A stretch of 37,839 bases of DNA from positions 1 through 37,839 of the forward strand of contig JBDIWC010000040.1 in the NCBI GenBank assembly GCA_039794085.1. The letters run 5' to 3'. Positions 1 through 10,367 of the stretch are shown in pieces. Each line of letters starts with the position of its first letter. The first letter of the stretch is position 1. Source of the DNA: Gemmatimonadales bacterium. Lineage in GTDB: Bacteria > Gemmatimonadota > Gemmatimonadetes > Gemmatimonadales > GWC2-71-9. Both the position numbers and the translations under genes were made by a program. The notes below the pieces were generated by a model. It made no database searches, was not told the DNA's origin, and worked only from the letters and a program-made list of their open reading frames with translations.

Positions 1-123
1 AAACCCTGAAGAGCCCCAAGTGGGATGCCGTCACAGACGCCGTCACACGCACGGCCGGAGCGGGTGTCCGGGGGGCGCCCCAAATATTGTTGCCGTTTTG
101 TGTTCAATCTTGTCCGTAAGGGA

Positions 124-987
124 CTACCGCCTACCGCCCTGTACGGGGCGGTTGTGGAGGGCTCCTTCCGTCCCGGAGGGCGCCGAGAGGAGGAGTGCGT
201 GCCCCTCATTCCCCAGGCGGGCGTCGGCGATGGGGATGCGCTCCCATTGGGCATAGTGAGAGAGGTACCCCTCCGGCGCGGTGCCCTGCTTGCCCGGAAT
301 GATCAGGTGCAGTCCGCCCGGCAGGGTGACCTCCTGCAGGGCATGGAGGAGACGGCGGCGCTGTCCCGCCTGCAACTCACCCAGGGTGGTGGCGTCCACC
401 ACGATGAGGCAGGCGGGTTCGAGCAGGGGCAGCCACTCGCCCAGTTGAGCCACGAAGGCCTGGAACTGGGCGCCGAGGGATTCCCCGGCGATGCGGGTCT
501 CGACCTGCTCGACGGCGGAGAGAGTGCCGGCCAGGAAGGTCACCGGCACCTCCCAGGCCGCCAGGAGGCAGGCGCTCGCCTCGGTGCCACTCCCCACGGT
601 GATCACGTGATCCCCGGCCTCGAGGCGGGGAACCAGCTGAGCCACGGGGTGCCGCGAGGGGAGGCTCCAGTGAGTCGGCTCCCGCTGGGCGGCACGCAGT
701 GTGATCAGGCGGCCCTTCCACCGCCGATAGGAGCCGAGCCCCAGCCGCTGAATGATGAGTTGGTCCACCGTCTCCAGCATGAGCACTTCGGTCAGCGGGA
801 ACTGGCCCTCTGTGGCGGCCTGCAGTTCGGTCGCTGCCTCGTCCCCCAGACGCAGCAACTCCTCCCGGGGGAGGGAGTTCTTGTAGGCCTCGATGCGCTG
901 CATGAGGTATTCCTGGTACTGCTGGCGGAGCGAGGGCTGGGGGCGGACGGCACGGCGACCGGTCATCAGGTCGGTCTGGGTCAGCAC
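124..987 (-). CDS. Hypothetical protein: N-terminal helical domain plus degenerate class I SAM-methyltransferase-like C-terminal fold
   Basis: 287-aa ORF, GTG start after AAGGGG. VITVGSGTE resembles motif I and LQEVTLPGGLHLII resembles the LxPGG motif. Confidence 0.6.
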   Translation of the reverse strand: MLTQTDLMTGRRAVRPQPSLRQQYQEYLMQRIEAYKNSLPREELLRLGDEAATELQAATEGQFPLTEVLMLETVDQLIIQRLGLGSYRRWKGRLITLRAAQREPTHWSLPSRHPVAQLVPRLEAGDHVITVGSGTEASACLLAAWEVPVTFLAGTLSAVEQVETRIAGESLGAQFQAFVAQLGEWLPLLEPACLIVVDATTLGELQAGQRRRLLHALQEVTLPGGLHLIIPGKQGTAPEGYLSHYAQWERIPIADARLGNEGHALLLSAPSGTEGALHNRPVQGGRR

Positions 988-1141
988 GCGGAGCGTCCCC
1001 TTACCAGGCGCCGAGGGGAGAGCACCGCGGCACGATGACCCAGGGGGGTGCCGGCAGACAGCATGGACACAAAGTAAGACATTCCCCCGTTCCGGAGTAG
1101 ACTTTGTTGCGCAGATCCCGCGAATGGCCTCCGCGATTCCC

Positions 1142-2302
1142 TCAGTCCACCCGAAGGATGAGGCCCTTCAGGTATCCCGTCTCGGGGATGGTGAGGCACT
1201 CGGGATGGTCCACCCCCTGACCGAGATGTTCCAGCACGGTGACCCGTCGGCCACTGTCGGACGCGGCGGCCGCGACAACATCCCAGAACGCGGGGCGGTG
1301 CACGTGATAGCTGCAGGACGCGGTGACCAGCACCCCGCCCGGCGCGAGGAGCCGCAGGGCCCGCAGGTTGACCTCCCGATACCCCCGGATGGCGGCGCCC
1401 ACGGCTCCCCGGTGTTTGGCGAAGGCGGGAGGATCGACCACGATCGCCTCGAACCGGGCACCGGTGTGCTCGAAGGCCCGGAGTTTTTCGAACACGTCTC
1501 CCAGCTCCCACCGGATGGTGGAGATGCCATTGAGGCGCGCGTTCCTCTCCGCGCGGTCCAGCGCGTCGGCGCTCGAGTCGATGGCGGTGACCTCCCCGGC
1601 CACCGAGGCCAGGTGGAGGGCGAAGGAACCGTGATAGGTGAAGCAGTCGAGCGCCCGCCCGCCCGGCGGGCACCACGCCGCCGCCCGAATCCGGTTGGGC
1701 CGCTGATCGAGAAAGGCGCCGGTCTTCTGTCCGGTCCAGGGCGCGGCCAGGTACCGAACGGTTCCCTCCCGCACGTCGATCTGCTCCGGAACGGTTCCCC
1801 GCGCCAGGATCACCTCCTCGGCGAGTCCCTCCCGCCGCCGAACCGCGGCATCGTTCCGGAGCAGGATCCCCTCCGGAGCCACCACCTCTTCGAGGACATC
1901 GAGAACAACGGGGGACACGGTGTCGAGCCCGGCCGAGAGGATCTGGACCACCAGCCACCGGTCGTACCGGTCGACCACCAGGGAGGGGAGTCCGTCCCCC
2001 TCGCCATGCACAACCCGGAAGGCCGTGGCGTCGATACCGCGGCGCCGGTGGAAAGCGGTGGTGATCCGGTCCTGCCACCAGGTGCGGTCGATCGTGACCC
2101 CTGGTCCATCGAGGCGGCGCAGCCGGATCTCGGAGCGGGGGGAGTGCAGCGCGGTTCCGAGGAGGCGGTCGCGCGGGTCACGTACGTCGGCCAGACCGGC
2201 GGGGCCGGCATCCTCGGTGACATCGGATCGGAAGATCCAGGGGTGACCCCGGGCCCACCGCGCCGCCCCGCGATCGGACACGCGAATCATCGCCAGGGTC
2301 AT
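1142..2302 (-). CDS. rlmI: RlmI/YccW-type class I SAM-dependent rRNA methyltransferase with PUA domain
   Basis: GHPWIF, VHGEGDGLPSLVVDRY, GQKTGAFLDQR, LDCFTYHGSF, DPPAF and PETGYLK motifs; GAGGAG RBS. Confidence 0.88.
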   Translation of the reverse strand: MTLAMIRVSDRGAARWARGHPWIFRSDVTEDAGPAGLADVRDPRDRLLGTALHSPRSEIRLRRLDGPGVTIDRTWWQDRITTAFHRRRGIDATAFRVVHGEGDGLPSLVVDRYDRWLVVQILSAGLDTVSPVVLDVLEEVVAPEGILLRNDAAVRRREGLAEEVILARGTVPEQIDVREGTVRYLAAPWTGQKTGAFLDQRPNRIRAAAWCPPGGRALDCFTYHGSFALHLASVAGEVTAIDSSADALDRAERNARLNGISTIRWELGDVFEKLRAFEHTGARFEAIVVDPPAFAKHRGAVGAAIRGYREVNLRALRLLAPGGVLVTASCSYHVHRPAFWDVVAAAASDSGRRVTVLEHLGQGVDHPECLTIPETGYLKGLILRVD

Positions 2303-2338
2303 CGCGTTCTCCTCGGGGGGACCGCTATCATTGGGATC

Positions 2339-2953
2339 ATGACGGGAAATCTAGCGGAGTCGCTCCGCCTCCTTCTGGTGACCGATCTCCAGCGGGCCGG
2401 TGATCTGCCCGATCTGGTGGCACGATGTGTAGCCGGAGTGGCCGGTGGTGTGACGGCGGTGCAGCTCCGGTGGAAGGGTGCCGGAGGCCAGGACCTGCTC
2501 GCGGCGCTGGCGGTCCTGCGGGAGGCGGTGCCGGTCCCGGTGTTCGTGAATGACCGGGCCGACGTGGCCCTGGCGGGCGGCGCGGCCGGAGTGCACCTGG
2601 GAGAGGACGACGCCCCGGTGGAGGTGATCCGCCGGGTGGCGCCGGCGGGTTTCGTGATCGGTGCCTCGGTCGGGAATGCGGCGGAGGCCGCAGCGTCCGC
2701 AGCTGCCGACTACTGGGGGATCGGCCCGGTGCGGCACACCACCACCAAGCCCGACGCCGGCGATGCGTTGGGGCTGGCCGGCATTCAGGCTCTCGCCGCC
2801 CGGGCCGGTGACCGTCCGGTGGTGCTCATCGGAGGCGTGCGGCCCGAGGAGGCCCGGTGGGCCCGGGAAAAGCTCGGGGCCGGAGTGGCGGTCAGTGCGG
2901 GGATTCTCCGAACGGACGATCCCGAAGCGGCGGCTCGGCGCTATCGGGAATAG
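2339..2953 (+). CDS. thiE: Thiamine-phosphate synthase
   Basis: 3' part of ORF 893..2953 from ATG 2339: VQLRWK, VNDRADVA, GVHLGEDD, GPVRHTTTK, IGGV motifs. Confidence 0.9.
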   Translation: MTGNLAESLRLLLVTDLQRAGDLPDLVARCVAGVAGGVTAVQLRWKGAGGQDLLAALAVLREAVPVPVFVNDRADVALAGGAAGVHLGEDDAPVEVIRRVAPAGFVIGASVGNAAEAAASAAADYWGIGPVRHTTTKPDAGDALGLAGIQALAARAGDRPVVLIGGVRPEEARWAREKLGAGVAVSAGILRTDDPEAAARRYRE

Positions 2954-3048
2954 AAGACAGGGGAGAGGAGAGAGGAGAGAGAGGAAGAAGAACTCACCTC
3001 TCACTCCTCACTTCTCACTCCTCACTCCTCACTTTCCTCACTTCTCTC
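2954..3048. repeat. Bipartite heptamer tandem-repeat locus A between convergent thiE and scoB
   Basis: (GAGAGAG)-type arm, then (TCACTCC/TCACTTC) arm with TCA at 2994, 3001, 3008, 3015, 3022, 3029. Confidence 0.85.
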
Positions 3049-3691
3049 CCCTCAAGCTCGGTTCGATTCCCTCCTGCACCGACTCCCAGGTGTGTCCCTC
3101 CAGGATCTCCGCCACCACCAGACCGGACGGCGTCACATCGAGGACACACCGTTCGGTGATGATCCGGTGCACCACGCGCGCTCCGGTGAGGGGCAGGGTA
3201 CACTCCCGGAGGATCTTGGGGGACCCGTCCCGGGCCACATGCTCCATGATGACCACGATGCGCGGGGTTCCCGCGACAAGATCCATCGCCCCGCCCATCC
3301 CCTTCACCATGCGGCCCGGAATCATCCAGTTGGCCAGGTCTCCCGTCTCGGACACCTGCAATGCCCCGAGGATGGTCATCGCCACATGTCCGCCGCGGAT
3401 CATGGCAAAGCTCTGGGCGCTGTCGAAGTAGGCCGTTCCCGGAAGTTCCCCGACTGTTTCCTTGCCGGCGTTGATCAGATCCGCATCCTCCTCGCCCTCG
3501 AGGGGCCAGGGGCCCACGCCGAGCATGCCGTTCTCCGAGTGGAGGACGACGGGCACGCCGTCGGGGACATGGTTGGCCACCAGGGTCGGCAGGCCGATGC
3601 CGAGGTTCACGGTGTACCCGGTTTCCGGGGTCAGGGTGAGCAACTCCGCCGCCGCCCGGCGGACGATCCGGTCGCGGATATCGGATGTCAT
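3038..3691 (-). CDS. scoB: 3-oxoacid CoA-transferase subunit B
   Basis: VNLGIGLPT, catalytic HSENG, GDLANW and [10 protein letters not shown] motifs. Confidence 0.92.
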   Translation of the reverse strand: MTSDIRDRIVRRAAAELLTLTPETGYTVNLGIGLPTLVANHVPDGVPVVLHSENGMLGVGPWPLEGEEDADLINAGKETVGELPGTAYFDSAQSFAMIRGGHVAMTILGALQVSETGDLANWMIPGRMVKGMGGAMDLVAGTPRIVVIMEHVARDGSPKILRECTLPLTGARVVHRIITERCVLDVTPSGLVVAEILEGHTWESVQEGIEPSLRGEK

Positions 3692-4383
3692 CGGGGGCGG
3701 ACCGTGCGCCGCTCGATGTAGCGGGGCGGGTTCGGCACGTGGACGATTCGCTGGACGTAGATCGCCGGGGTGTGGATCAGGTCGGGATCGATCGTGCCGG
3801 GGGGCACGAGTTCTTCGACTTCGGCCACGGTGATCCGGCCCGCGGTGGCCATGACCGGGTTGAAGTTCCGGGCGGTCTTGCGATAGACCAGGTTTCCCAG
3901 GGTGTCCCCCTTCCAGGCATGGACCAGGGCGAAGTCACCGGTGATGCCTCGCTCCAGGATGCAGGTGCGGCCCTCGAACTCCGCATGGGGCTTTCCCTCG
4001 GCCACCAGGGTGCCGACCCCGGTGGCGGTGTAGAAAGCGGGGATACCCGCTCCTCCCGCCCGGATCCGCTCGGCGAGAGTGCCCTGGGGCACGAGCTCGA
4101 CCTCGAGTTCGCCGGAGAGCATGAGCCGTTCGAAGACCGCATTCTCTCCCACGTAACTGCTCACCATCTTCCGAATCTGCCCCGACGAGAGGAGGTGGAC
4201 CAGGCCATGGGTGGTGGTGCCCGCATTGTTGCTGACCACCGTGAGGCCACCGGGTCCCAGCTCCCGGAGCGCCAGGATGCACGCCTCGGGAATGCCGCAG
4301 AGCCCGAACCCGCCCACCAGCAGAGTCGCGTGATCGGGGACGTCGGCGAGTGCCTCGCGGGCGGAGGAGAAGACCTTGTTCAT
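3688..4383 (-). CDS. scoA: 3-oxoacid CoA-transferase subunit A
   Basis: ATG 4383 (MNKVFSS) after [48 protein letters not shown]. Confidence 0.92.
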   Translation of the reverse strand: MNKVFSSAREALADVPDHATLLVGGFGLCGIPEACILALRELGPGGLTVVSNNAGTTTHGLVHLLSSGQIRKMVSSYVGENAVFERLMLSGELEVELVPQGTLAERIRAGGAGIPAFYTATGVGTLVAEGKPHAEFEGRTCILERGITGDFALVHAWKGDTLGNLVYRKTARNFNPVMATAGRITVAEVEELVPPGTIDPDLIHTPAIYVQRIVHVPNPPRYIERRTVRPR

Positions 4384-4387
4384 CGGG

Positions 4388-5383
4388 TCACCTCCCGGTG
4401 TCGCCGGCCCGCCGGATCTGCCGGATCGACCGGATGTGCTCCGCGTAGGTCCGGCTGAAGGCATGGGTTCCATCGGCCCGGGCGACGAAGTAGAGCCAGG
4501 GGACATCGGCGGGGGCGAGGACCGCGGCGAGACTGGCGCGACCCGGAGAATTGACGGGGCCCGGAGGGAGCCCTGTCGTCAGATAGGTGTTGTAGGGAGA
4601 GGCGAACCCGTAGTCCTTTTCGTAGAGACGCGTCTTCCGCTCGCCGGTCGCCCGTTCAATGGCATACTGGATGGTGGGGTCCGCCTGCAGGGGCATGCCG
4701 AGACGGAGCCGGTTGAGGTACACGGCCGCGATCACGGGACGTTCCTCCTCCACGCGGGCTTCGCCCTCGACGATGGAGGCGAGCGTCACGACCTCATGCC
4801 GGGTCAGGTTCAGGGAGTCGAGCACCGGGTCCCAGGCGGGGTCCCAGTCCTCGGCAAAACCGGTGAGCATGAGGCGCACGAGGTCCCGGGGCGTTTCGGT
4901 GCTGTCCAGGGTGTAGGTCTCGGGCCAGAGGTAGCCTTCTGCGCTGGTCGCGGGGATGCCAAAGGTGGCGAGGATCGAGGAGTCACGGGCGGCAACCAGG
5001 ATGGAATCCACGGTGATGCCGAGCCGGTTCTCGGCGAGGCGGGCGATCTGGGTGAGGGTGGCGCCCTCCGGGACCGTGAAGCGGATCCGGAGTCGTCTCC
5101 CCCGGCGAAGGGCATCGAGCACGGTCCGGGTGGGGGAGGGTGCGCTGAACTCGTATCGGCCGGCCTGCAGGCTCCGGTCGATCCGGCGGAGCCGGGCGAG
5201 GAGGCGGAACCAGCCGGGACGGGTGATGACGCCGCGGGAATGGAGAGTGTCGGTGATGGCGGCAAGGGTGGCTCCCTCGGGAATGGTGACCCGCACCGGG
5301 GGGCCACCGGAGGACGGCGCGGGTGCGCACCCGCCGAGCAGGACAACCAGGGCGCCGGTGATTCCGAGGCGGGTGCGGGTCAC
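4388..5383 (-). CDS. mltG: Endolytic transglycosylase MltG
   Basis: GTG 5383 overlaps the ruvX stop; [41 protein letters not shown]. Confidence 0.92.
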   Translation of the reverse strand: MTRTRLGITGALVVLLGGCAPAPSSGGPPVRVTIPEGATLAAITDTLHSRGVITRPGWFRLLARLRRIDRSLQAGRYEFSAPSPTRTVLDALRRGRRLRIRFTVPEGATLTQIARLAENRLGITVDSILVAARDSSILATFGIPATSAEGYLWPETYTLDSTETPRDLVRLMLTGFAEDWDPAWDPVLDSLNLTRHEVVTLASIVEGEARVEEERPVIAAVYLNRLRLGMPLQADPTIQYAIERATGERKTRLYEKDYGFASPYNTYLTTGLPPGPVNSPGRASLAAVLAPADVPWLYFVARADGTHAFSRTYAEHIRSIRQIRRAGDTGR

Positions 5384-5835
5384 TGGCCGGTTCCCCCCGA
5401 TCCACACCGCCGTGCCTCGAGCCAGTGCTGCAGGAGGAGAGAGGCGGCGAGGCTGTCCACGTCCTCCTTGCGGCCGCGGGGCGATCCCCCCTGGTCGCGG
5501 ATGGACCGGAGGGCACGGGTGGTGGAGAATCGCTCGTCCCAGAGTTCCATCGGCAGGCCGGTGCGCCGGGTGAGGGTCTCGGCCAGGGCGCGGGCCGCGA
5601 GGGCGGACTCCCCCTCGGTGCCCTCCGGCGTGAGGGGCCATCCGATCACGACGCCGACCGGGCCATGGCGGTCGACCAGCTCCTGGAAGGCCGGCATCGG
5701 GAACCGCTTGCCCGGGCGTCGGGTGAGGGTGGTCACCGGGGAGGCGATGGTCTGGGTCTCGTCGGTCATCGCGATCCCGAACCGGATGGTGCCCCAGTCC
5801 ACTCCCAGGATCCGTCCGGTGGCGGGAAGGGTCAT
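5380..5835 (-). CDS. ruvX: YqgF/RuvX family RNase H-like nuclease
   Basis: ILGVDWGTIRFGIA, VIGWP, WDERFST, VDSLAA. Confidence 0.92.
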   Translation of the reverse strand: MTLPATGRILGVDWGTIRFGIAMTDETQTIASPVTTLTRRPGKRFPMPAFQELVDRHGPVGVVIGWPLTPEGTEGESALAARALAETLTRRTGLPMELWDERFSTTRALRSIRDQGGSPRGRKEDVDSLAASLLLQHWLEARRCGSGGTGQ

Positions 5836-5838
5836 GGC

Positions 5839-7086
5839 CTACTGTGCCATGGTGGAGAAGAACTCCTTGTTGGTCTTCGTCCGCTTCATCCGTTCGAGCA
5901 GGAACTCCAGCGCCTCCACCGGGGGCATGTCGGCCAGGAAGTTGCGCAGCAGGTAGACGCGGTTGAGCTCGTCCTTGTCCATGAGGAGCTCCTCCTTCCG
6001 GGTGCTGGTTTTCTGGATGTCGATGGCGGGGTAGATCCGGCGGTCCGCCAGGCGGCGGTCGAGCACGAGTTCCATGTTGCCGGTGCCCTTGAACTCCTCG
6101 AAGATCACCTCGTCCATGCGGCTCCCGGTGTCGATGAGCGCGGTGGCGATGATCGTGAGGCTCCCGCCCCCGTCGATGTTCCGGGCCGCGCCGAAGAACC
6201 GCTTCGGCTTCTGGAGCGCGTTGGCATCGACACCCCCGCTCAGGATCTTGCCGGAATGCGGCACCACCACGTTGTGGGCCCGGGCCAGCCGGGTGATGGA
6301 GTCGAGCAGGATCACCACGTCCCGGCCATGCTCCACCAGGCGCTTGGATTTTTCGATCACCATGTCCGCCACCTGCACGTGACGGTCCGCCGGCTCGTCG
6401 AAGGTGGAGGCGATCACCTCGGCCCGCACGTTCTCCTGCATGTCGGTGACTTCCTCCGGCCGCTCGTCGATGAGGAGCACGATGAGGACGACGTCCGGGT
6501 TGTTCTCCGTGATCGCGTTGGCCAGCTTCTGCAGGAGGATCGTCTTGCCCGCCTTGGGTGGGGCCACGATGAGCCCCCGCTGGCCCCGGCCGATCGGGGA
6601 GAGGAGATCCACCACCCGCATCGAGAGGTCCCCATCGCTCCGTTCCAGCCGAAGACGACTGTCGGGATACCGGGGCTTCAGGTTGTCGAAGGCGATCCGT
6701 TGCTTGGTCTTTTCCGGGGCCTCGTAGTTGATGCTCTCCACCTTGAGGAGGGCCAGATACCGCTCCCCCTCCTTGGGCGGGCGCACCTGCCCCAGGATGG
6801 TGTCCCCGGTGCGCAGATCAAATCGCTTGATCTGGCTCGGACTCACGTAGATGTCGTCCGGACCGTAGAGGTAGTTCCAGTCCTGGCTCCGGAGGAAACC
6901 GTATCCCTCGGGCAGGATTTCCAGGACACCCTCCCCCCGGATCGGGGTGTCGGTGTCGAGCAGCGATTGCTCGATCTTGAAGATCAGATCCTGCTTGCGA
7001 AGGCCGGAATAGTTGGTGATGTTCAATTCCTGGGCAATCGTATTGAGCTCGGCGACGGATTTCTGCTTCAGTTCAGCGATGTCCAC
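5839..7086 (-). CDS. rho: Transcription termination factor Rho
   Basis: GTG 7086 after [20 protein letters not shown]-loop [27 protein letters not shown]. Confidence 0.97.
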   Translation of the reverse strand: MDIAELKQKSVAELNTIAQELNITNYSGLRKQDLIFKIEQSLLDTDTPIRGEGVLEILPEGYGFLRSQDWNYLYGPDDIYVSPSQIKRFDLRTGDTILGQVRPPKEGERYLALLKVESINYEAPEKTKQRIAFDNLKPRYPDSRLRLERSDGDLSMRVVDLLSPIGRGQRGLIVAPPKAGKTILLQKLANAITENNPDVVLIVLLIDERPEEVTDMQENVRAEVIASTFDEPADRHVQVADMVIEKSKRLVEHGRDVVILLDSITRLARAHNVVVPHSGKILSGGVDANALQKPKRFFGAARNIDGGGSLTIIATALIDTGSRMDEVIFEEFKGTGNMELVLDRRLADRRIYPAIDIQKTSTRKEELLMDKDELNRVYLLRNFLADMPPVEALEFLLERMKRTKTNKEFFSTMAQ

Positions 7087-7239
7087 GGATGCCTCGTTGT
7101 CGACCGGATGCGGAAGGCGTCCGGTGGTCCCTGTGTGGGGGGTGGGGGATGGTGACGATCCTGGTGAATTGGCGGCACCCCGGCGGGGTGCGAACACTCG
7201 AGTTTCAGGGGGAGATGGTGGTGCTCACAGAAGTACTCA

Positions 7240-7268
7240 ATTCTATCGCCGGGCCCCGGTCTCGTCAA
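7240..7268 (-). promoter_or_regulatory. Sigma70-type promoter of the rho operon
   Basis: Minus strand TTGACG-17 bp-TAGAAT. Confidence 0.75.
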
Positions 7269-7276
7269 GAGGATTC

Positions 7277-8398
7277 ATGAACCCGCCTCTTCCCCATCTC
7301 CTGGCCTGGCGGACTCTCCGCCTCGGACCCTCCCGGGAAGTCATCGATGCCCTGGTCCAGCCCGGCGCATCCGGGACCGATCTCGACGCGGCGCTGGCCG
7401 ACTTTCCCGGTGTCCATTACTGGGTAGACGACGCGCGCACCCGTCTGGTTCTCGTCCGGGTGATCGGACGGGACACCCGGGCCGCCTGGGGGTTGGCCGT
7501 CGCCCTGATGTCGGCCACGCTGTTGTGCACTCTCGGTGCCGGTGCTGCGCTCGCCGGATCGTGGGCGCCCGCGAGTGGAGGGGTGTTTGCCGGTGCCATC
7601 GGCTTTTTCGTCGACGTGGTTCGGCGCGATTGGGCCGTCTTCCTGCAGGGATGGCCGTTTGCGCTCTCCCTGCTGGGCATCCTCCTCATCCATGAGCTGG
7701 GTCACTTCACCGCTGCTCGGCGCTACGCCATCGACGCGTCCCTCCCCTACTTCCTGCCGATCCCCCCCACCGTGAGTCCGATCGGGAGTCTCGGGGCTTT
7801 CATCCGGCTCCGCACGCCGGTCCTGGACCGCCGCCAGCTTCTCGATGTCGGTGCCTCCGGCCCGATCGCCGGCTTTGTCATCACCTTCGGAGTTCTCGTC
7901 TGGGGGTACCTCACCTCGGAACGCATGCCCATATTGGGCAGCGCCGATCCCAGCTACGTCCTCTTCGCCAGCCAGCCGATCTACCTGGGAGAGTCTCTTC
8001 TCACCTGGATGATGCGAGAGTGGCTCATTCCCGGAACCGGAGCGGTTCACCTCAGTCTCCCCGCCTTCGCCGGCTGGGTCGGTGCCCTGATCACCGGGTT
8101 GAACCTCCTCCCGCTCAGCCAGCTCGATGGAGGACATGTGCTTTACGGCCTGCTCGGACCCCGCCAGGCCACGATCGGCATCCTGACCGTCGTCGGACTG
8201 CTGGCGTTGGCCCAATTCTCGCCCATGTGGTACCTCTGGGTGGTCCTCACCCTCTTTTTGGGGGGGGGGAGGTGGAGTCACCCGTCTGTCGTCATGCCCG
8301 ATCGCCCCCTTCCGGCCAGCCGCCGGTGGATAGGATGGATCTGCATCGTGGTCTTCGTCTTGACGTTCATGCCGATCCCCTTCGTGCCGGGGCAATGA
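7277..8398 (+). CDS. Site-2 protease family (peptidase M50) intramembrane metalloprotease
   Basis: HELGH zinc motif, GPIAG, NLLPLSQLDGGH, multiple TM segments; ATG 7277 after GAGG. Confidence 0.9.
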   Translation: MNPPLPHLLAWRTLRLGPSREVIDALVQPGASGTDLDAALADFPGVHYWVDDARTRLVLVRVIGRDTRAAWGLAVALMSATLLCTLGAGAALAGSWAPASGGVFAGAIGFFVDVVRRDWAVFLQGWPFALSLLGILLIHELGHFTAARRYAIDASLPYFLPIPPTVSPIGSLGAFIRLRTPVLDRRQLLDVGASGPIAGFVITFGVLVWGYLTSERMPILGSADPSYVLFASQPIYLGESLLTWMMREWLIPGTGAVHLSLPAFAGWVGALITGLNLLPLSQLDGGHVLYGLLGPRQATIGILTVVGLLALAQFSPMWYLWVVLTLFLGGGRWSHPSVVMPDRPLPASRRWIGWICIVVFVLTFMPIPFVPGQ

Positions 8399-8685
8399 TA
8401 CCCCTGCGGCACTCCCCGCAGGACCGGTCAGGCTCGCCCGGCGATCCCGGAGAGTACCTGATGGACGTGCAGGTGTTGGACGGGCGCAACATCGAGGTCA
8501 TTGTGTGGATGCGTCAGAAGGGGGACGGGAGGTGGCACGGCGGGATCACCTTCAGCGATCCCGCCAGCGGAGAGACGCGCCGCACGGCGGAGATCCTCCG
8601 CGGAGCGTCGGAAGGGGACATCTGGCTGGCGGTGCGGGGTCTCCGGACTCACCATTTCCGCGACCTCTATCGGTCGCTTGCCTGA
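8395..8685 (+). CDS. Small hypothetical protein (about 96 aa)
   Basis: ATGA overlap with the protease stop and TGATG overlap with the next ORF; globular-looking sequence. Confidence 0.65.
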   Translation: MIPLRHSPQDRSGSPGDPGEYLMDVQVLDGRNIEVIVWMRQKGDGRWHGGITFSDPASGETRRTAEILRGASEGDIWLAVRGLRTHHFRDLYRSLA

Positions 8686-8873
8686 TGATGACCGAGACCG
8701 AACGCACCATCCGGCAACTCCGCCACGACCTCGCCAACCCTCTCGGTGCCATCCTGGCCGAGGCTCAGGTGCTCCTGGGCCAGGAGCATCTGGCGCCCGA
8801 GGTGAGGGAAGCGGTGACCGCCATCGAAGCGCAGGCGCTTCGCGCCAGGGACATCCTGCTTCGGTTGGGCTGA
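8685..8873 (+). CDS. Stand-alone histidine kinase dimerization/phospho-acceptor (HisKA) domain microprotein, 62 aa
   Basis: H-box LRHDLANPLGAI followed by a second amphipathic helix; no HATPase domain. Confidence 0.7.
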   Translation: MMTETERTIRQLRHDLANPLGAILAEAQVLLGQEHLAPEVREAVTAIEAQALRARDILLRLG

Positions 8874-8898
8874 CACTGTCCTTCCCCACGGAGAGGAG

Positions 8899-10182
8899 CT
8901 ACTCCGCCTCCTTCTCCTTCCGCTGGGGTCCGGCCACCAATTCATCCAGCCCCGATTCGTCCACGGACTGGTTGTGGGGACCCTCCCGGTTGGCGACCCA
9001 CCCGAGCCAGGGGGGGGCCATCAGGGTGGTGCCGATCACCATCAGCATCACGGCGCTGAAGAGGTCCGGCGAGAGTGCTCCGGAGGTGATCCCCAGTTGG
9101 GCCACGATGAGTCCCACCTCACCCCGGGGAACCATCGCCACCCCGATCAGGAGCTTGTTGCCCCGGAACCAGAAGGGGGCATACCCCGCCAGGACCTTGC
9201 CGAAGACGCCGACGCCAATCAGGATCGAGCCGACCAGGAGCGCCTCGGGATGGAGCAGGCTCCTCACATCCACAGCCGCTCCGATCATGGCAAAGAAAAT
9301 GGGGACGAGGAGGTGCCCGAGATAGGTCGTGGCGTATTCGACCTTCTTCCGCTCGGGAGTGGAATGGAGAACCAGGCCCGCGGTGAACGCTCCGATGATC
9401 ATGGCGGACCCCGCGGCCGCCGCGGCCGCCGCCATGGCGAGCGCGAAGCCGAAAGCCAGGGCGCCCAGGGGGCCCGACTCCTTCCGCTGCGCGGCCGCGA
9501 GGCGCACCAGGGTGGGCGCAACCCGTCCTCCCACCACGATGGCCACCAGCAGGAAGCCGATCGCCACGGCCGCAGTGATCACGACCCCGCGCGGCGTGAC
9601 CTCCCCCCCCAGGGCGAGATCGGCCACGACGGACAGGATGATGAGACCGATGACGTCATCGAGGACGGCGGCACCGATCACCACCCGTCCCTCGGGCCGG
9701 TCGAGCACGCCCAGGTCGGAGAGGATCCGCGCGGAGATGCCGAGGGAGGTCGCCGTCAGGGCCGCCCCGGCCACGATGGCCGAGAGACCGGTGAATCCCA
9801 TCGCGTTGAGCACCACGATGCCCAGGACGAAGGGTACCGTGAGGCCCACGAGGCCCACTGCGGCCGCGGGCGCCCCGACCCGGAGAATGGATTTGAGATC
9901 GGTGTGCAGCCCGATCTGGAAGAGGAGCAGCAGGACGCCGAGTTCCCCCAATACCAGCATCACCGGCTCCGTCGGGTCCAGAAGACCAAGCAGGGAAGGG
10001 CCGAGCAGAATTCCGGCGATGAGCTCTCCGAGCACCGCCGGCTGGCCGATCCGGCAGGCCAGGTCCCCGCCGATCCGGGTGGCCACCAGGACGGCGGCGA
10101 GTGCGATGAGCACGGCGGTGATGTGCGCGTCGCCGGCCTCGGCGGGCGCGGGAAGGTTCAGGGCCAACATCCACAGGGGCAC
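8899..10182 (-). CDS. Cation:proton antiporter (CPA2, Na+/H+ exchanger family)
   Basis: GQPAVLGELIAGILLGP, ATSLGIS, AAVLDD, GMVPRGEV-like AMVPRGEVG; AAGGAG RBS. Confidence 0.9.
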   Translation of the reverse strand: MPLWMLALNLPAPAEAGDAHITAVLIALAAVLVATRIGGDLACRIGQPAVLGELIAGILLGPSLLGLLDPTEPVMLVLGELGVLLLLFQIGLHTDLKSILRVGAPAAAVGLVGLTVPFVLGIVVLNAMGFTGLSAIVAGAALTATSLGISARILSDLGVLDRPEGRVVIGAAVLDDVIGLIILSVVADLALGGEVTPRGVVITAAVAIGFLLVAIVVGGRVAPTLVRLAAAQRKESGPLGALAFGFALAMAAAAAAAGSAMIIGAFTAGLVLHSTPERKKVEYATTYLGHLLVPIFFAMIGAAVDVRSLLHPEALLVGSILIGVGVFGKVLAGYAPFWFRGNKLLIGVAMVPRGEVGLIVAQLGITSGALSPDLFSAVMLMVIGTTLMAPPWLGWVANREGPHNQSVDESGLDELVAGPQRKEKEAE

Positions 10183-10367
10183 GGGAGCGGAACTCCTTCA
10201 ATCATGGGTCACAGGTCGCCGCGGCGGGCGTCGAAGCGTGCAAGGTAGCCACTTCATGACGCTTCGGACCAGCGTGCGGTTTCGGGAAAGGGGCGTTCGG
10301 GTTGCTGAACGTCAGCCACGTGACCACTTTCTCCTCTCCTTTGCTCACTCTTCCCTGAGGCCTCGCA

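Noticed and set aside
1069..1107. Inverted repeat ACAAAGT-N25-ACTTTGT upstream of the first gene
   Set aside because: Only 7-bp arms with a long spacer; no recognizable riboswitch or operator.
893..2338. 686-aa ORF as a ThiE fusion
   Set aside because: The upstream part is the antisense shadow of rlmI; thiE starts at ATG 2339.
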